DNA of 63,860 nucleotides, the filler included, from Rhizaria sp. SCN 62-66 (lineage: Eukaryota), in the NCBI GenBank assembly GCA_001724265.1. It is 3 parts of 3 records of this genome, joined end to end, with 100 filler letters (N's around TTAATTAATTAA, not from the genome) between each part and the next. Parts side by side here need not be neighbours in the genome. Positions count along the whole stretch, not along the records: positions 1 to 21,493 come from MEDY01000451.1; 2 more parts are not named here. One strand, written 5' to 3'. The translations under genes were made by a program, and so were the position numbers. The notes under the pieces were generated by a model. That model was not told the DNA's origin and did no database searches. It was given only the letters and a program-made list of their open reading frames with translations. This document shows, in pieces, positions 1-14,097 of this stretch (positions are counted from its first letter, which is position 1; the number at the start of each line of letters is the position of its first letter).

Positions 1-129
1 ATAATCATAAAGATAGTTAAAAAAACAAGTTTCATACATGATATCAAAAATATGTTTTATTTGACGGATGTTTGACAAAGTTGTATGGCTATTTAAAACT
101 GCCCCTTCCAGGCGCGTTTTTGCGTTTTC

Positions 130-155
130 CATAAACCTCTACATCAGGGGTACAT
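130..155 (-). repeat. 26-bp repeat copy, possible DNA-transposon terminus
   Basis: Reverse complement ATGTACCCCTGATGTAGAGGTTTATG is identical to 63762-63787. Confidence 0.6.
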
Positions 156-819
156 TAATTTTATTATCAGGATCTGACTTACGATTATGAATATTGTAAC
201 TGACGCCGTCGCTATCGCTGCTATTTAAGCCTTTCCATAGACCGACTGCTGAACAGAACGTATTCGTGTTACTCATGATATCAAATAGAACTCCAAAGTA
301 AGCACGGTCGAGCTTCTTCATGTAATCGATACCCATTCCAGACTCACGGGCGCGTGCACGTTTCCAACAGAGTGATAGAACAGTTCAGCGCACAGATAAA
401 GGATATTAGTATTAGGGATGTTGTTCATTCGTTCTTTGCGTGCCGAGTTATTTTTCAAGTTGACTGGTGGGGGGGGGGGGGGGGGCGGACGGGACTGTAC
501 TCCGCAACTGTGATTGGACGCAAATCATGAAGGGAGAGAGCGCTGTTGTTTCGAGCAACAATAAGCAAAATAGCCGATGACACGATTAACTACGACGATG
601 TATTAACACTTGAAAATAGAACTAAAGAAACGACAGCACATTATAGATACCACTGCTTATGTGCATTTGCCTCCATATTTGATTGTTGACAACGAAGAAC
701 AACAAAAAAGTAAAAAAAAAGAACCATTAATTCTGAGCACTCAAAACAGACCCAAAAGATAAAGAAAACAAAACTTCACAGACAAACACAGATATACACA
801 GTTCATCCCTTTAAGTCAC

Positions 820-3435
820 TTAGTCGCCGGCGCGGTAAATGTCGCTAGTGAGCGGCTCGTTGAGGCTCTTGGCGGCGCCGTGGCCAGTCGAACGCGCAGC
901 GGCGGCGCGCTTGGCGACGCTGCGGTCGTACAGCAAGTAACCGACAATGCAGCCGAGAATAACGGAGATGACGACGAAGACGATGATGACGATGACGAGG
1001 GCGATGACCTTGCGCACAGTCGTCTCGTACTCGAGCTGGTTGATGCTGTAGATGATCATGCCTATGCAAAATGCAATGCATGAGAACAAAGTGGTAAAGA
1101 AAGTGGACGTGAGTTAACATCGTATGTTCATTCAATAAAAAGACAATATAAACGCGATATTCGAAGAAAATATCAGATATTGTACTATCAAAATGCATTG
1201 GATATACAAATATAATCTCGCTTATGTACAGACACTCGAATAGAGATATACAAAGCAATTTTGTGAAAACGTACCAGGCGTCCACGAAACCTCCTGTCCG
1301 TCGATGTGCGTGTCAAACGACACCTGCACAGCGTCGCCCGCAATGCCGTACGCAGTGCCGAGCAGCGTGTGCACATACGCCAGCGTCATGCACGCCGAGT
1401 TGCGCTGTGTGTCCTTGACGGTGTCCCAGTTGGCCTTGCAGGTGACGTCGCGGCCGCGCGTCTGGATGGCGTTGAGCGTGTTGAAGCCGGTCGGCAGGCC
1501 GGCGCCGGTGACGAGCGCCGGGAAAGTCGAGAAGGCGACGATCTTGGTGTTGGCCGGGATCGCGGGCATGTAGGCGCCGTTGATGGAGCACGAGTCGTAT
1601 AGACACTCGGCGTTGAGGTTCAGCACTGTGAGCACGAGGGCCTCACATGCGTCGAAGTCTCCGCTGCCCGTGAAGTTGACCTTGCGTGAGTTGCCGCCCG
1701 TGACCTCCAAAGTTAAGCCCGGGTTGAAGCAGGGCGACGTGGCGGCGCTCTGCCCGGCGGGCACGGCGTCAACCATGGCGACGTAGAGCCTGCGCAGCAG
1801 CGAGTTGATGCCGAAGTTGAGATGCGACACGCCGTAGAGGTTGTGCAGGCGGCCGCTGGGAAGCAGGTATTCGACGCGGTTGTTGATCGGATCGCTCGAG
1901 GGGGTGAAGATGAGCTGGGTCGAGGCGCCGCCCAGATCCATCGCGCCCCAAGTCTCGTCGGCGTCGGCGGCGCCGGCGTCGGTGAGGGAGCCCGTGGGGG
2001 CACTCAGGGGCTTCATTGCGTTATTGTTGCTGCGGTAAGAGTTGATGATGGACTGAGCCATAGCAGGGGTGATGCTCTTACTGTTACCGTTGTTGTTATT
2101 GTTGTTAGCAGCAGCAGCGGCAGTGGCAGCGGCGGCAACAAGACGCTTGAACCCACTACTGATACTTGAGTCAACAACATCAGCCTCAGCCTCAGTCCGC
2201 GGAGCCTCAACGGAAGGAGCAGCAGCCGAAGCAGCGTTGGTGTTAGGAGCGAAGGAATACTTCGCAACAAGCATATCACGAGCAGAGCTGAAGATGGCGC
2301 TCAGGGCCACAGCCGTGCTGATTGCATCCGCGTCGTGCCTGTTGCTGTCGCTGCCGGTGAGCATAGAGAAGGCAGAGGCAGCGGACTCGGCAAGGAAAGC
2401 AGGGAGGTGGCTCAAAACAGTCTCAATCTCACTGAAATCCTCATCATCCTTCGCGTTAACAACAGCAGCAGCAACAGTGTCATCGTTGTTGTTGAGAAGC
2501 TCAGTGGTAAATGTCTCGAGGCCAGACAGCTCGTCGCTGCGCTCAAGCGCAAACAGGGCATCATCAACAACGCTCGCCTTGGCAAACTTAGACAGACGGT
2601 TCTTCTTGTTGTCGTTACTGTTGTTGTTGCCGTTAGACTCAATATCACCGCCATCGAGCGTGTTCTTCAGGTAGTTGACCGAAATCCAGCCAAACAGCGC
2701 CTCCTCCTCGCCGCTGATGATCCTCGCGTACGTGTCCTTGAACTGGAAGCCGGACTCCGAGAGCACGCGACGCGTCTCCAGCATGATCCCGCGGCGGTCG
2801 GCCGCGGTCAGCAGCCGCATGCCGGCCGTGGCGCCCAGGAACACGGGCACGCGGGAAAGCGCGGGCGCCGGGGACTGCGTCGCGAGGGTGTCCTTGGCGA
2901 AGGTGAGCAGGGTGGAGAAGAGGTCGGGGAGACCGGTGTAGTTGCCTGCGAAGGAGGACAAAGGGCGGTTGTCCTTGAGGGTCCACGCAGCCTCGGTCAA
3001 GGGGTTGCTGAAGGGAGCCTTGTTGTCGTCCGTCGCCACGCGGTGGTCCCAGTAGTACACGTACACACGCGTGCCGGAGGAGCCGGCGTCGATCTGGGAA
3101 GAGAAAGAGAAAGGAGCAGGGGTTCAGAGGATTCAAGTTTCGAGTTGTAGCGAGTGCGGAAGGAGGAAAGTGAGATGCCAGGTGGGTTAATGAGAGGCTC
3201 TGGAGTGAAAACAATGGTGTGTCAAAATAAGAACATAGCGGAATTCTAACACATTGAAATTATCTTTGTTGGCGATTGCTATGCGGGATATGCGAGGCGA
3301 AGTTGCGGTTTAAATGGGTCGGGAACGGACCATGATACCGTAGTCTTGACGGGACTTTGCAAGCACAGTGCTCGCGCACAGGGCCAGTAAGGCAACAAAA
3401 AGGGACTGCAAAAGCAGCGGAATACAACGCTTCAT
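820..3435 (-). CDS. GDA1/CD39-family NTPDase (ecto-apyrase) with signal peptide and C-terminal TM helix; 3 exons
   Basis: Exons 3435-3331, 3093-1275, 1061-820 joined by GT-AG introns. Apyrase conserved regions: YGIMIDAGSSGTRVYVY (ACR1), GATAGMRLL (ACR2), GEEEALFGW (ACR3), MDLGGASTQ (ACR4), WTPG (ACR5). Hydrophobic N-terminus MKRCIPLLLQSLFVALLAL. Stop TAA. Confidence 0.93.
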
Positions 3436-4443
3436 GCCTGCGGAGGTGATAGAAGAACGTGCAAGAGAGTTACGCAGTGAGAAAGTGGATGCAATAACAA
3501 CCGGAGATGAGGTGAGAGACTGAGATCAGAATAAAGGCCATTTACGCACTGGATATAGTGCCTATGTGAATGCGACTACGCAAAAGCCGTAGGTTACGCA
3601 GTGTTGTCAATAGCTAGACGTGTAATAAAGGTACGCAACGTCCTATGATGGCGATAGAGCAGTGCGGAGTAGAGGCTGTAGGATGAGGCCGGAAGGGTTC
3701 CGCGCCCAGGTCGCTCAGTCGCCCGCATGAGATGCAGAAAACAGTTTCAGGAATGCAGATTTAAAAAAACAGTAGAAATCACAACAATCATGTCAAAATG
3801 CGTTATACGAGCGCATTGGCACGATGGACACTAACGCTGTGAGGGCCGAATTTCCAGCTCTACGTCGCCGAACTCAAGGCCGACCAGATCCGGTCCCCAA
3901 TCAAAAGGTCAGATTCGGCTTATATATCATCAAGCTGTGGCCAAGCGAAGATGCAACCCGGTTGAGAATGTGATTCAATGTAATGAATCGCGATTATTTT
4001 TGCTTTCACTGAGTGTTTTATTCGGCTTAATCTATCGCAAAGCACCTCACCTATGGTCTTCCGACCTACCCGACAGCTAGATATCGAGTATAAGAATCGT
4101 ATTTAGAAGCATGTATGAAATATAAGATCCACGAAAACAAGTAGAAACGCATGCTGATGATTTGGCTGCATAGAGTTTAGTTACGCTGAGATATGCTTTC
4201 TGAAGGGGATCGTTCGATTGTGAGCTTCAGAAGCCCGCCCGGTCAAGCAGCATCTTGTGGCCAATTCAAATCGCTCCCCATGTGCCACTCATTGTCTGTC
4301 AAACGCGAATATTTTAAACAACGCATATTAACACACGTTACTACCTCTATATCCTTTTTTATATGCATGCGCAATCGCGTCTCGGCTTCCGCAGCCCGGT
4401 TCTCTTTCCACGGCGCGTGCCGTTGCTCGCCCCTCTTCAGTCC

Positions 4444-7400
4444 ATGTCATCGACATCTGGTTCCGCTTCTGCGCTCACAAACGCCATCCGCAAGGCTGTG
4501 TCGCAAAAGCGCATCCGTTTTCGCGACGACCGGTATGACCTGGACCTGACGTACATTACGAAAGAGGTTATCGCGATGGGACTGCCAGCTTCAGGTGTGC
4601 ACTCTCTGTACCGTAATAACACTCGCGATGTCGCCAATATGCTCAACCAATACCACCCCGGCAAGTACGTTCGTCTGAATAGAATAGATCGCATTGCATA
4701 TTGCTTATTATATCCAGGATTCAACTTAAAGTCATTTAGTTGCGTATGCTTTCTGGCTTGCTTTATATCAGGCTCTCGACTCACCAATCTCCGCCTCGTT
4801 TTTACTTCAACAATCTTCCGTATCTCTCTATCTACGCCTGTTTTAAGGTACATGATCTTCAATCTCTCCCAGAAGGAATACGACTACAAGCTTTTCCACA
4901 ACCAAGTGATGGATTACGGCTGGCCCGACCACCATGCTCCCCCGCTAGAACTCCTCTTCCAGCTCTGCAAAGCCATGGTACGCTCCGCAAATGATAACAA
5001 AACGACGCATATATCATATTATTGATGCTTACAACGGTATTCACTGTGATATGTTATGAATTGCTAATATTTAAATATTATTTATTTTGATATCACTGAG
5101 ATACACTAACTATCGTATGTATAACTTACTATTCCTCTCCATGCAACACTCGAACCTTAATATCATTCACCTTGTGTTTTTAACTCCCAGGCGTCCTGGT
5201 GCTCCGCGGCCCCCGACAACGTCTGTGTGGTGCACTGCAAGGCCGGCAAGGGCCGCACCGGCACCGCCATCGCCTGCTTTCTCCTCTTCGCGGGCGTCTT
5301 TCCCACCCCTGAGGTCCGTTCAAAGAAACAATTAGAACACAATTAAAACACGTTTCTCAATGATATCGCAATGCGCCAAAATATGGATGATATTTATGTG
5401 TAATAATTGCTTATGAGAATCCTGACTATACCATTGTTTTTGTTCCGAATCTTCCTTGTTTTGTGTTCTCTTGTTCGCCTTGATATCTTTGTATCACGAA
5501 TCATTCAGGAGGCGCTGACATACTTCGCCAAGCGCCGCGCGCGCGCCACAGACGGCCGCGGCGGCGTGACGATCCCGTCGCAACTGCGCTATGTGCACTA
5601 CTTCCATCGCGTGCTGTGCGGCTTTATCCCGCGGCCGCGGCAGCTCATCCTCAAGAGCATCACCGTCACGGGGCTGCCGACACCAAACAAGACGAGCGAC
5701 AAGGATAAGAGTGACAAGAAGAAGAGTAAGAAAGGCAAGGATAGCGATAGTAGCAAGGATGTTGACGTTGCTGGCACTGCTGAGAGCAACTCGCTGGAGC
5801 ATCACCAGCAACAGCATCTAAGTAGGCACGATCTAAGTACCTCTGCGAGCCACAACAATAACAGGAACAGTCTCAGTAGCAGCACAAACAGCTCTGTTGT
5901 CGCTCCTGCTTTGCTCGCGAACGCCGCCGGCGCGAATAGCCGCAACAACAGCATCAGCGCCAACAGCAGCGATGCGTGCAACAGCAACGGTGGCGGTGCC
6001 AGTGGAGGCACCGCTGCTCGCGGGAGCCTGAGTGCCAGCAACAGGGGCGCACTGTCTAAAAACGCCACTGTGCCCGCGCGCACACTTGCTCTTGCCCTCG
6101 TTAACAATAACAGCAATACTACGAGTACGCAGACGAATAACGACGACAACGAGGACTATTTCGACGACGAAGACGAGGACTATGACGACGACGACGATGA
6201 CGACTTCAGCGGCGCTGACACTGACACCGACGACCAGCATAATCACAACCTTCACGGCACAGGTACGGGCTTGGGCGTCTCGGGCTCCGGCCGTCACAAC
6301 CGCCGTGCCAGCTCACTTTCCACCAGTAGCCACACGACCAACAGCAACCCACACAGCAACAATGCAGTGGCTGCAAGTGGTGGGAAAGAAAAAGAGAAAG
6401 ACATTAGCGCTGCCGCCACCGCCGGTGTGCCGCAGCACCCGTTCCACATGTTCTTCAAGCTCTGCGACGTCTCGGGCCGCACTCTGCTCTCCACCAAGAG
6501 CATGCCCACCGTGCTCACCCCCGCTCAGCAAACGGCTGCCATCACGCTGAACTTACCCGTGCCACCCAGCGGTGACCTGCTGATCCGCTGCAAGGGCCGC
6601 GCCGTCGCCGCGTCTTCCTGGTCGCTCATCTCAGCGCTGCGGTCAAAGATTGGCGCGGACTCTGGCGGCGAGGAGTTTTTCAGAACCGCGCTCCACACGA
6701 GCTTCCTGCCGCAGGGTCTCGTGACGCTCACGAAGAAGGACCTCGACGGCGCGTGCAAGCTGCCCTGGCTAGATGCGAACTTCACGGTGAAACTGCAGTT
6801 CGCCGATCCTGCTGACCCGGGATTCGAGCTGCGCGGTGCGCCGCCGCCGCTGCCGAGGCGGCCGAGCAGGGGACGCATGCAGCTGCTGCGTGACTGCGCC
6901 GCTGCCGCCGCTGCTGCCGCCGCCGCCGCTGCCACTGTCGCGACGACGCCTTCGCCGAGTAACGGACATGACTGTGTTTGTGATGCGTGTTCAAATGGCA
7001 ATAACGCGGTGGCTGTGGCTGGTGAGTGTCACTGCAGCGCTGCGGATGACAGTCGCAGCCATCGCCACGGCCTGAGCGGCAGCCACAGCGACGCTGTTCG
7101 TAGGGAGACCGAGAGTAGTACTGCTGGCCTTGTGCCTGGGACTCTCAGTCAAACACGCAGCCAGAGCCACAGCCAGAATCCGTGTGCTCACGGTCACTCT
7201 GCGGCAAACGCGTGCAGTCGTTCCAGTAACAACAACTGCGCGAACGGCGCGGTGACTGTGAGCAGCAGAGGTTCCGTTGTGAGTTCTGTTGTCAACAGCA
7301 CCGCGAACACGACGACGAGTGGCAGTCATAGCTCTGCAACGGCGCCAGCGGCTGTGTTTGCAGCAGCGAGGGCAGCGCATTTAGCCGCCATTCGCAACTC

Positions 7401-9321
7401 GGTACTTCTCAGCAACGCTAATGTGAACGCTAAAAGCGGTGACAGCAGCGAGAACACCAACATTAACACAAGTGAGGCTGCGAGCGCGAATGCGAAAGTG
7501 AGTGCGAATGCTACTGGTCTGGCCAGCAAGCGTGGCAGCCTTGTTGCTGCATCTCATGCCAACCGCAAGAGCAGTGACAATGCGGGCGTTCGCAACCACA
7601 CGCATCACAAGCGTGGCAGCATCGTGATTGTGAACCCAGACAGAGGCGTCATCACTCTGACCGGCGCCGAGACGGGCGGCAGCGGCCACCATCACCACAG
7701 CGGCAACGGCAGCGATCATGGCGGCGACAAGAGCGGTCGCAGTGACGATGATGACGACGACGATGACGATGGCGTTGTTTACACTGGCGTCGGCCTCGGC
7801 CTCAGTCTCGGGCTCAAAACGCCGGCGAGCCGCAACAGCAACAGCAGCAGCAACAGTGCAAATACGAACGCCAGTCACAACATCAACGGTAACGCGGTCA
7901 GCTGGGTTCACAATGAGACGATTAGCCCCACCAGCAGCAGTAGCAGCAGTAGCAGCAGTCGAAACGCCCAAAACGTGCAGACTCGCTCCGCTGCGTCCAG
8001 CTTCGCAGTCGCGAACGACGACGACAACGACGACGATGTTGTTGTCATCTCGACTAACAACCCCCATAACGTGAGCGTCAACGTGCACAACGACTCCTAC
8101 AGCTGCAATAGTGCTGCGGACAATGTAAGTGCGACAGGACATGTAAGTGCGAAGAGCGACGCGTGCTCTTCCCCGCCTCCACCGCCCCCCCTAGACTCCA
8201 CCACGAGCACTTACACGTCGTCTAAGTATCCCCTCAACGTGAGTGTCGGTGTGAGTACCCCTGGCGCGCACACGGGTGCTGGCCAGGGAGAGGGGTATCA
8301 GAACAATGTAAGTGCATTAGACTGTGAGTCCGAAGTTCTGTCGCCTATCCCCCCGCCTCCGCCGACTGACTTGTACCACCCCTATTCCACCACGAATGCG
8401 GACGACAACAACAATTCTATCAATGCCAACAACGGCCGCAGCATCGTTGGCGACCACCGCAGTGGCAGTGGCAGTGGGACTGGGAGTGGGACTGGGAGTG
8501 GGGACCCGTGCAAAGGCAGCTCGTGCTGTTTGAACGACACCAACGACGCGGACAGTGTTGATGCTTGCAGTGTCGCGAGCGTTGCAAGCGTTGGTAGCAA
8601 CTCCAGCATCAACACGCGTGCCAGCAGCTGCTTTAGCGGCGCGAGTGCGCTCAGTTACAGCACGATGGACACGAGCATGAGTACCACCATGAGTACTTGC
8701 AGTTCCACCATGCTACACGAACGTCAACAGCAACAACAGCAGCAGCATCAGAGGACTCGCAGCAGCGTGTACTCATTCGGCGCTTGCACTAGCGCAACTG
8801 CAGGCACCGGCGCTGGCATCATTACCAGCTCTTTCCCTGAGGAAGACGAAGACGCGAGCAACAACAACACCCACAGTGGCTATCAAGACAACAATAACGA
8901 CGATGATGACGACAACGACGAAGCGACGGATATGTTTAGTAGTGGCGTCAACACCAACAACTTGAAAAATAACGTTGTTGTGTACTCGCCGTCGTACTCT
9001 TACATCCCCGGTCCGCCTCCGTTAAGTCAGGCCGCGTCGCCTGAAAGTCAAGCCGGCAGCGGGACTCCTGACACCACGAGCTCTAACTCTAACACGAGTG
9101 CGCGCACGAGTGTCACTGACGCTTCTCCTGCACTTGCTTCCGCCAACGCGTCTGCAAACGCGGTGCCCGCTGCTGAGCCGATGTTGTCGGCAGCTATCCT
9201 GAGCACCGTGGCGAACCAAGGTGCGTGGGGAGCAGTGCTAGCGGCACGGCCTGCGTTTTTGCAGCAGCTTAACATCCGGGTGCTACCGATTAACAACAAG
9301 GCGGGACCCAAGGACGAGTAA
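4444..9321 (+). CDS. PTEN: PTEN-like phosphoinositide 3-phosphatase (phosphatase + C2 domain) with long low-complexity tail; 4 exons
   Basis: Exons 4444-4664, 4848-4977, 5191-5313, 5509-9321. Motifs DLDLTYIT, IAMGLPA, WPDHHAP, catalytic HCKAGKGRTG, GVTIPSQLRYVHYF, C2-like FFRTALHTSF...LTKKDLD. Stop TAA. Confidence 0.92.
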
Positions 9322-10055
9322 ATGGTGGTCTGTAGGTGGCGCTCGTAAACTATTTTAAAAAGAAACTAGCCTGAAAAACGAAAGAGAGATAGAAAGAGAG
9401 AGAAACGATTGATTTAATTTGGTGATTTAAAACTTGGACGTGGCTACGCAGTTCCGCTGATTATAGAGATAAAACTATGTCTACATGGTAGTAGATGTAC
9501 TGTATTTTTAGGTTCTTTTGATTTTACTTTGTGTGTGTATGTGTGATCTAATCGTGAGTTCGCTGTATTTGGGTTCGTTCCGCCGAGCGCAAGACTGTCT
9601 TTGACGACTGGATTACGAACTATAAAATGAACTGTCCTGTAATAAAATTGTACTCAATAGAAATCCTTATTGGACTACTATCTTAATAGTGCATTTTTAA
9701 TCCTGGAATCTTTTGAAATGCAGAGGTTCAAGTTGTTTTGTCCCTCAAAGCCTGTCTGCGAAGGCTCCTGCCGACGGCGGGTGGTGGTGGCGGGTGGGGG
9801 GTCGCGAAGGCTCCGCACGGCCGCTCTGCGGGGTGAGAAGGCCTGGCGCTGCACAAACCGTCAAATAGAAAGCGAGCACAACTCTGAGTAAATATATTGA
9901 CTGATACTTCTATTTATTTATGCTACGCTCCACCAGTGCTCATATACCCCTCTTTCTTCGCCTTCTCCGTAAACCTTCATGCGCTTCGCCCCCTCTGCCT
10001 CTCTTGCCCTCCCCTCGCAGCGCTTCCCGAGCGTTCCCATCCCGCACGCTCTCCG

Positions 10056-13000
10056 ATGAGCACCAAAAAGCGTTCCCCGCACACGACGGCGGACATCCGC
10101 GTGCCACTCGAGCGCGGCCTGCTGCTTTCAGTGCGCGACCACATCGATTCCCGCGGCGCCGGCGTCTTCGTCACCCCGTCCGTCGAAGCAGGCACTTTAT
10201 ACCCGCCGATCGACCCGCTCACCGTCGCGCAGGCCCTCAAAGCGCTGGACCCGTTTAAGTACAAGCGCATGAAGGAGGACGCGCTGCGCGCCGGTATCAT
10301 CCGCGCCCACGACGCGCTGAAGAAGAACTCGCCTGCGCACGGCGGCCCAAATTACAACGATTTCACCCTCATCGCGGCCTACGCGGACAAGCTCCTCAAG
10401 GCCGAGAACGCCGCCGCCTCCGCGCCCGCCACGCCCGTCGCCGCCGGCTCTACATCCGCGTCTGCGCTGTCGTCGCCCGTTGCGGCCGGTCCCGCCGCCA
10501 AGAAGCCGCTCGTCGCCGCCACGATGGCGCCCGGCCAAGGCAGCACTGTCGTCAAGCGCGCCGTCGTCGCCGCCTTCTCCGGGGGCTCCGTCTTTGACGA
10601 CGACGATGACGAGGAGGAGGGCGACGACGCCAACAACGTTGAAGACGCCAGCAGCAATGACAACGCGAGCAACGAGAACAACAATGTGACTACTGGCGAT
10701 GCGGCGAGCAAGTCCGACGCCAACGCCGCCCTCCGCAACATGTACAACAAGGCCGCCGTGCCCTACACAGACCCCGCGCGGCGCGCGCCCGCCGCCGCGG
10801 CCGCCGCCGCCGTGGCCGCGGGTGGCGGCAGTAACAGCGCCGTCCGTGCCGCGACCATCGCGGCGCGTGCGGCCGAGTTTTACACGCTCAGCGACAACGA
10901 CAAGGCGCGCAAGGTGGCGCAGTATGTCGCGCTCATCGGCCGCAAGAAGGCCGCCAAGCTCGGTCTTTTCGGCGACGGGCCGGGAGGCTACGACATCAGC
11001 CAGCCCCCAGCCTCCCGCGCCGCCGCCGCCGCAGCCGCCTCCGGCAACGGCGGTGGTTCCAGCGCTGGTGGCGCGGGCTCCGGCGGCGCGACCGTCGCGG
11101 TCAACAGCAGCCAGCCGTCTCTGAGCTTCGCCGACGTGGGCGGCATCGAGAGCGTGCTGCAGGACATTCGAGAGCTAATCCAGTGTCCCTTAACGCACCC
11201 GGAGGTTTACGAGCATCTGGGCGTGGAGCCGCCGCGCGGAGTGCTGCTTCACGGCCCGCCCGGCTGCGGCAAGACGATGCTGGCGCACGCCATCGCGGGC
11301 GAGCTCAAGGTGCCGCTCCTCAAGATCTCGGCGCCTGAGATTGTCAGCGGCATGTCGGGCGAGTCCGAGGCCAAGATCCGCGGGCTCTTCGCCGAGGCGC
11401 AGGCGCAGGCGCCGTGCATCCTGTTCATCGATGAGATCGACGCCATCGCGCCCAAGCGTGCGGACGCGCAGAGGGAGATGGAGCGGCGCATCGTGGCGCA
11501 GCTGCTGACGTCGATGGACTCGCTCTCGATGAGTTATAGCGGCAATAACACTACTAACAACCCCAGCAACGGCAGCAACGCTGCTAATGACAGCAACGGC
11601 AACGAGGACTCTGGTGAGGCCAACGGCTCGAACAGCTCAAATAACGGCGTTCTGAACGCTATCAACATCGGCGGCATCTCCCAGGGCTCGAAGTCGCAGT
11701 CAGCTGCTTCTGCTGCTACTGCGGCGGCGCCTGGCACCGAGAGCCTGTCTGAGTTTGCGATGCGCGCCAACAACAGCGGCGCCGCGATGACCAACGGCGC
11801 GCTCGACGAGGCCAACGCGGGCAACCCCGGCCGCAGCCGCGCCGTGATCGTGATCGGCGCGACGAACCGTCCCGACGCTATTGACTCCGCACTCCGCCGC
11901 GCTGGCCGCTTCGACCGTGAGATCGCGCTGGGCATCCCGGACGACGACGCGCGCGCGCGCATCCTGCAGGTCATGTGCCGCAACATGCGCGTGGACCCCG
12001 AGTGCGACTTCGCCGGGCTGACCAAGAAGACTGTCGGCTATGTCGGGGCTGACTTGGCCGCTCTGACCCGTGAGGCCGCCGTAATCGCAGTCAACCGCAT
12101 CTTTGCAGACGTCGATCTGTGGGAGTCATTCGACAAGCAAAACGCGACCGATGCTGCTGAGAATGACGATAATTTCCCTCTCGGTGATGAAGACGAGGCC
12201 GAGGCCAAGGGTGGCGTCAATATGAGTGACGACGATGAGAACAAGTCTTCGACCTCGAGCAAGTCCAACTCTAACAGCTCGAGCTCTCTCCGCTCTAGTT
12301 CGAGCTCGAGCACGGGCGCTGTTGTGACCGCGAATGCACTGGCGCAGCAGCGCACGACCGTCGCGGGCGACATCGTGGCCAGCCGCGCGCTGACAAAGCA
12401 GGAGATCCACGACGAGCTCCTCAAGGTCCGCACAGCGTCCTCGAACCGTCTGCGCGCGCTCGCTGGCCGCACGCTCACCCCGGAGCAGCTGGAGCCGTTG
12501 TTTATTACGGAGGCGGACTTTTTTGAGGCCATCAAGAAGGTGCAGCCCACGGCCAAGCGCGAGGGCTTCGCGATGGTGCCCGATGTGACATGGGCCGACG
12601 TCGGCGCTCTCGACGACCTCCAGGTATGTTAATATGAAATTGACTTGTTGATGGACTATATATTCGTGAATTGTCTTTAAACTTGACTTGGATGTTTAAA
12701 ATGCCAATTTATGTTAAATTAATATGGATTTATCTTTCTATATCACTACTAACGTTTCTTCTACTTTTTTTTTTTTTTTTTTCGTGAAACTGTCTGGATT
12801 CAGGCTGAGCTGGACATGGCGATCGTGCAACCGATCCTGGACCCGAAGCTGTTCGAGTCGATCGGTCTCTCTGTCCCCGCGGGCGTCCTGCTCTTTGGTC
12901 CCCCCGGCTGCGGCAAGACCCTTGTGGCGAAAGCCGTTGCGAACCAGTCAGGTGCGTCGTTCCTCTCGATCAAGGGACCTGAACTGCTGAACCAGTACGT

Positions 13001-13694
13001 CGGCGAGTCAGAGCGCGCCGTGCGCCAGGTCTTCCAGCGCGCGCGCACATCGGCACCTTGTGTGGTATTCTTCGACGAGCTTGACGCGCTGTGCCCCAAG
13101 CGTGGCACCTCGGGCAACCAGGCGTCTGAGCGCGTTGTGAACCAGCTGCTCACCGAGCTCGATGGCATGGACGACCGCCGGTCGGTTTTCGTCGTCGCGG
13201 CCACCAACCGGCCCGACATCATCGACCCCGCCATGCTGCGACCTGGTCGCCTGGACAAGCTGCTGTACATTTCCCTCCCCGACGCCGAGGGCCGGTACCA
13301 GATCCTCGCCAAGCACGTCCGCAAGTCCCCTCTCGCGGCAGACGTCGATCTGCGGGCGATCGCGGCCGACCCGCGCGCCGAGGGCTTCTCGGGCGCCGAC
13401 ATGTCCGCGCTGGTGCGGGAGGCCACAGTTCAGGCGCTACGCGAGGTGCAGGCCGCGCGCAAGGCCGCGGCGAGCGTCGAGGCCGCGCAGGCGATGAAGA
13501 TCGCGGTCACACAGGGCCACTTGCTGTGGGCCTTCCGCAAGGTGCGCGCCAGTGTGAGCGAGGAGAGCCGGCGCAAGTATGATAAGATGCAGGCGAAGTT
13601 GACGCAGATGAAGACTGGCAGCGCTGAAGAGGATGCGCCGAGTGACGCCAATAGTACGGGAGCGGGGGGACAGCTGGCGCCGGCGCTGCCTTGA
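10056..13694 (+). CDS. NVL: NVL/Rix7-type double AAA+ ATPase (60S ribosome biogenesis); 2 exons
   Basis: Exons 10056-12623 and 12804-13694. Two Walker A motifs (GPPGCGKT), Walker B ILFIDEID and VVFFDELD, ISAPEIVSGMSGESE, QREMERRIVAQLLTSMD, QPTAKREGFAMVPDVTWADVG. Stop TGA. Confidence 0.93.
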
Positions 13695-14097
13695 GTGAGC
13701 TGAGTTCAGATCTACATCTCATATGCTTAAAGCAAAGTGTCTCCTCCGTACGTATGTATTATTGTTGTGGCCTGTTTGTGGGTATTGCGAACTTTGTATG
13801 GCCATAAAAGAAGTCGTTTTATATAATGTAGGAGTATTTCCATCCCTGTATGTCATCATTGAATACACAGAATGAGTTTAACGGTGCAATATAAATTCGC
13901 ATCTCCACTTGCATAACCAGGGTCAGTCGTGTCTGAGCCCGATCAGAAGAATCATAAGTTGTTCTTGTATTGATGAAAGATAAAACTAGATAGAAAAGAG
14001 TCTGCTTACAGTTGAAACGGTCGTGTTGCGTTGCTGTCATGATTTGCTTGCAAGCGTCTCGCGCAACTGTCTGTGTGGGGGCTGGTGAGATCATGCT

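Noticed and set aside
139-336. Small ORF ending in TAG as further recoding evidence (also 62027..62365)
   Set aside because: AT-rich with no codon bias or motif, so probably non-coding; not counted for or against recoding.
468-485. Poly-G tract
   Set aside because: Simple homopolymer with no evidence of function.
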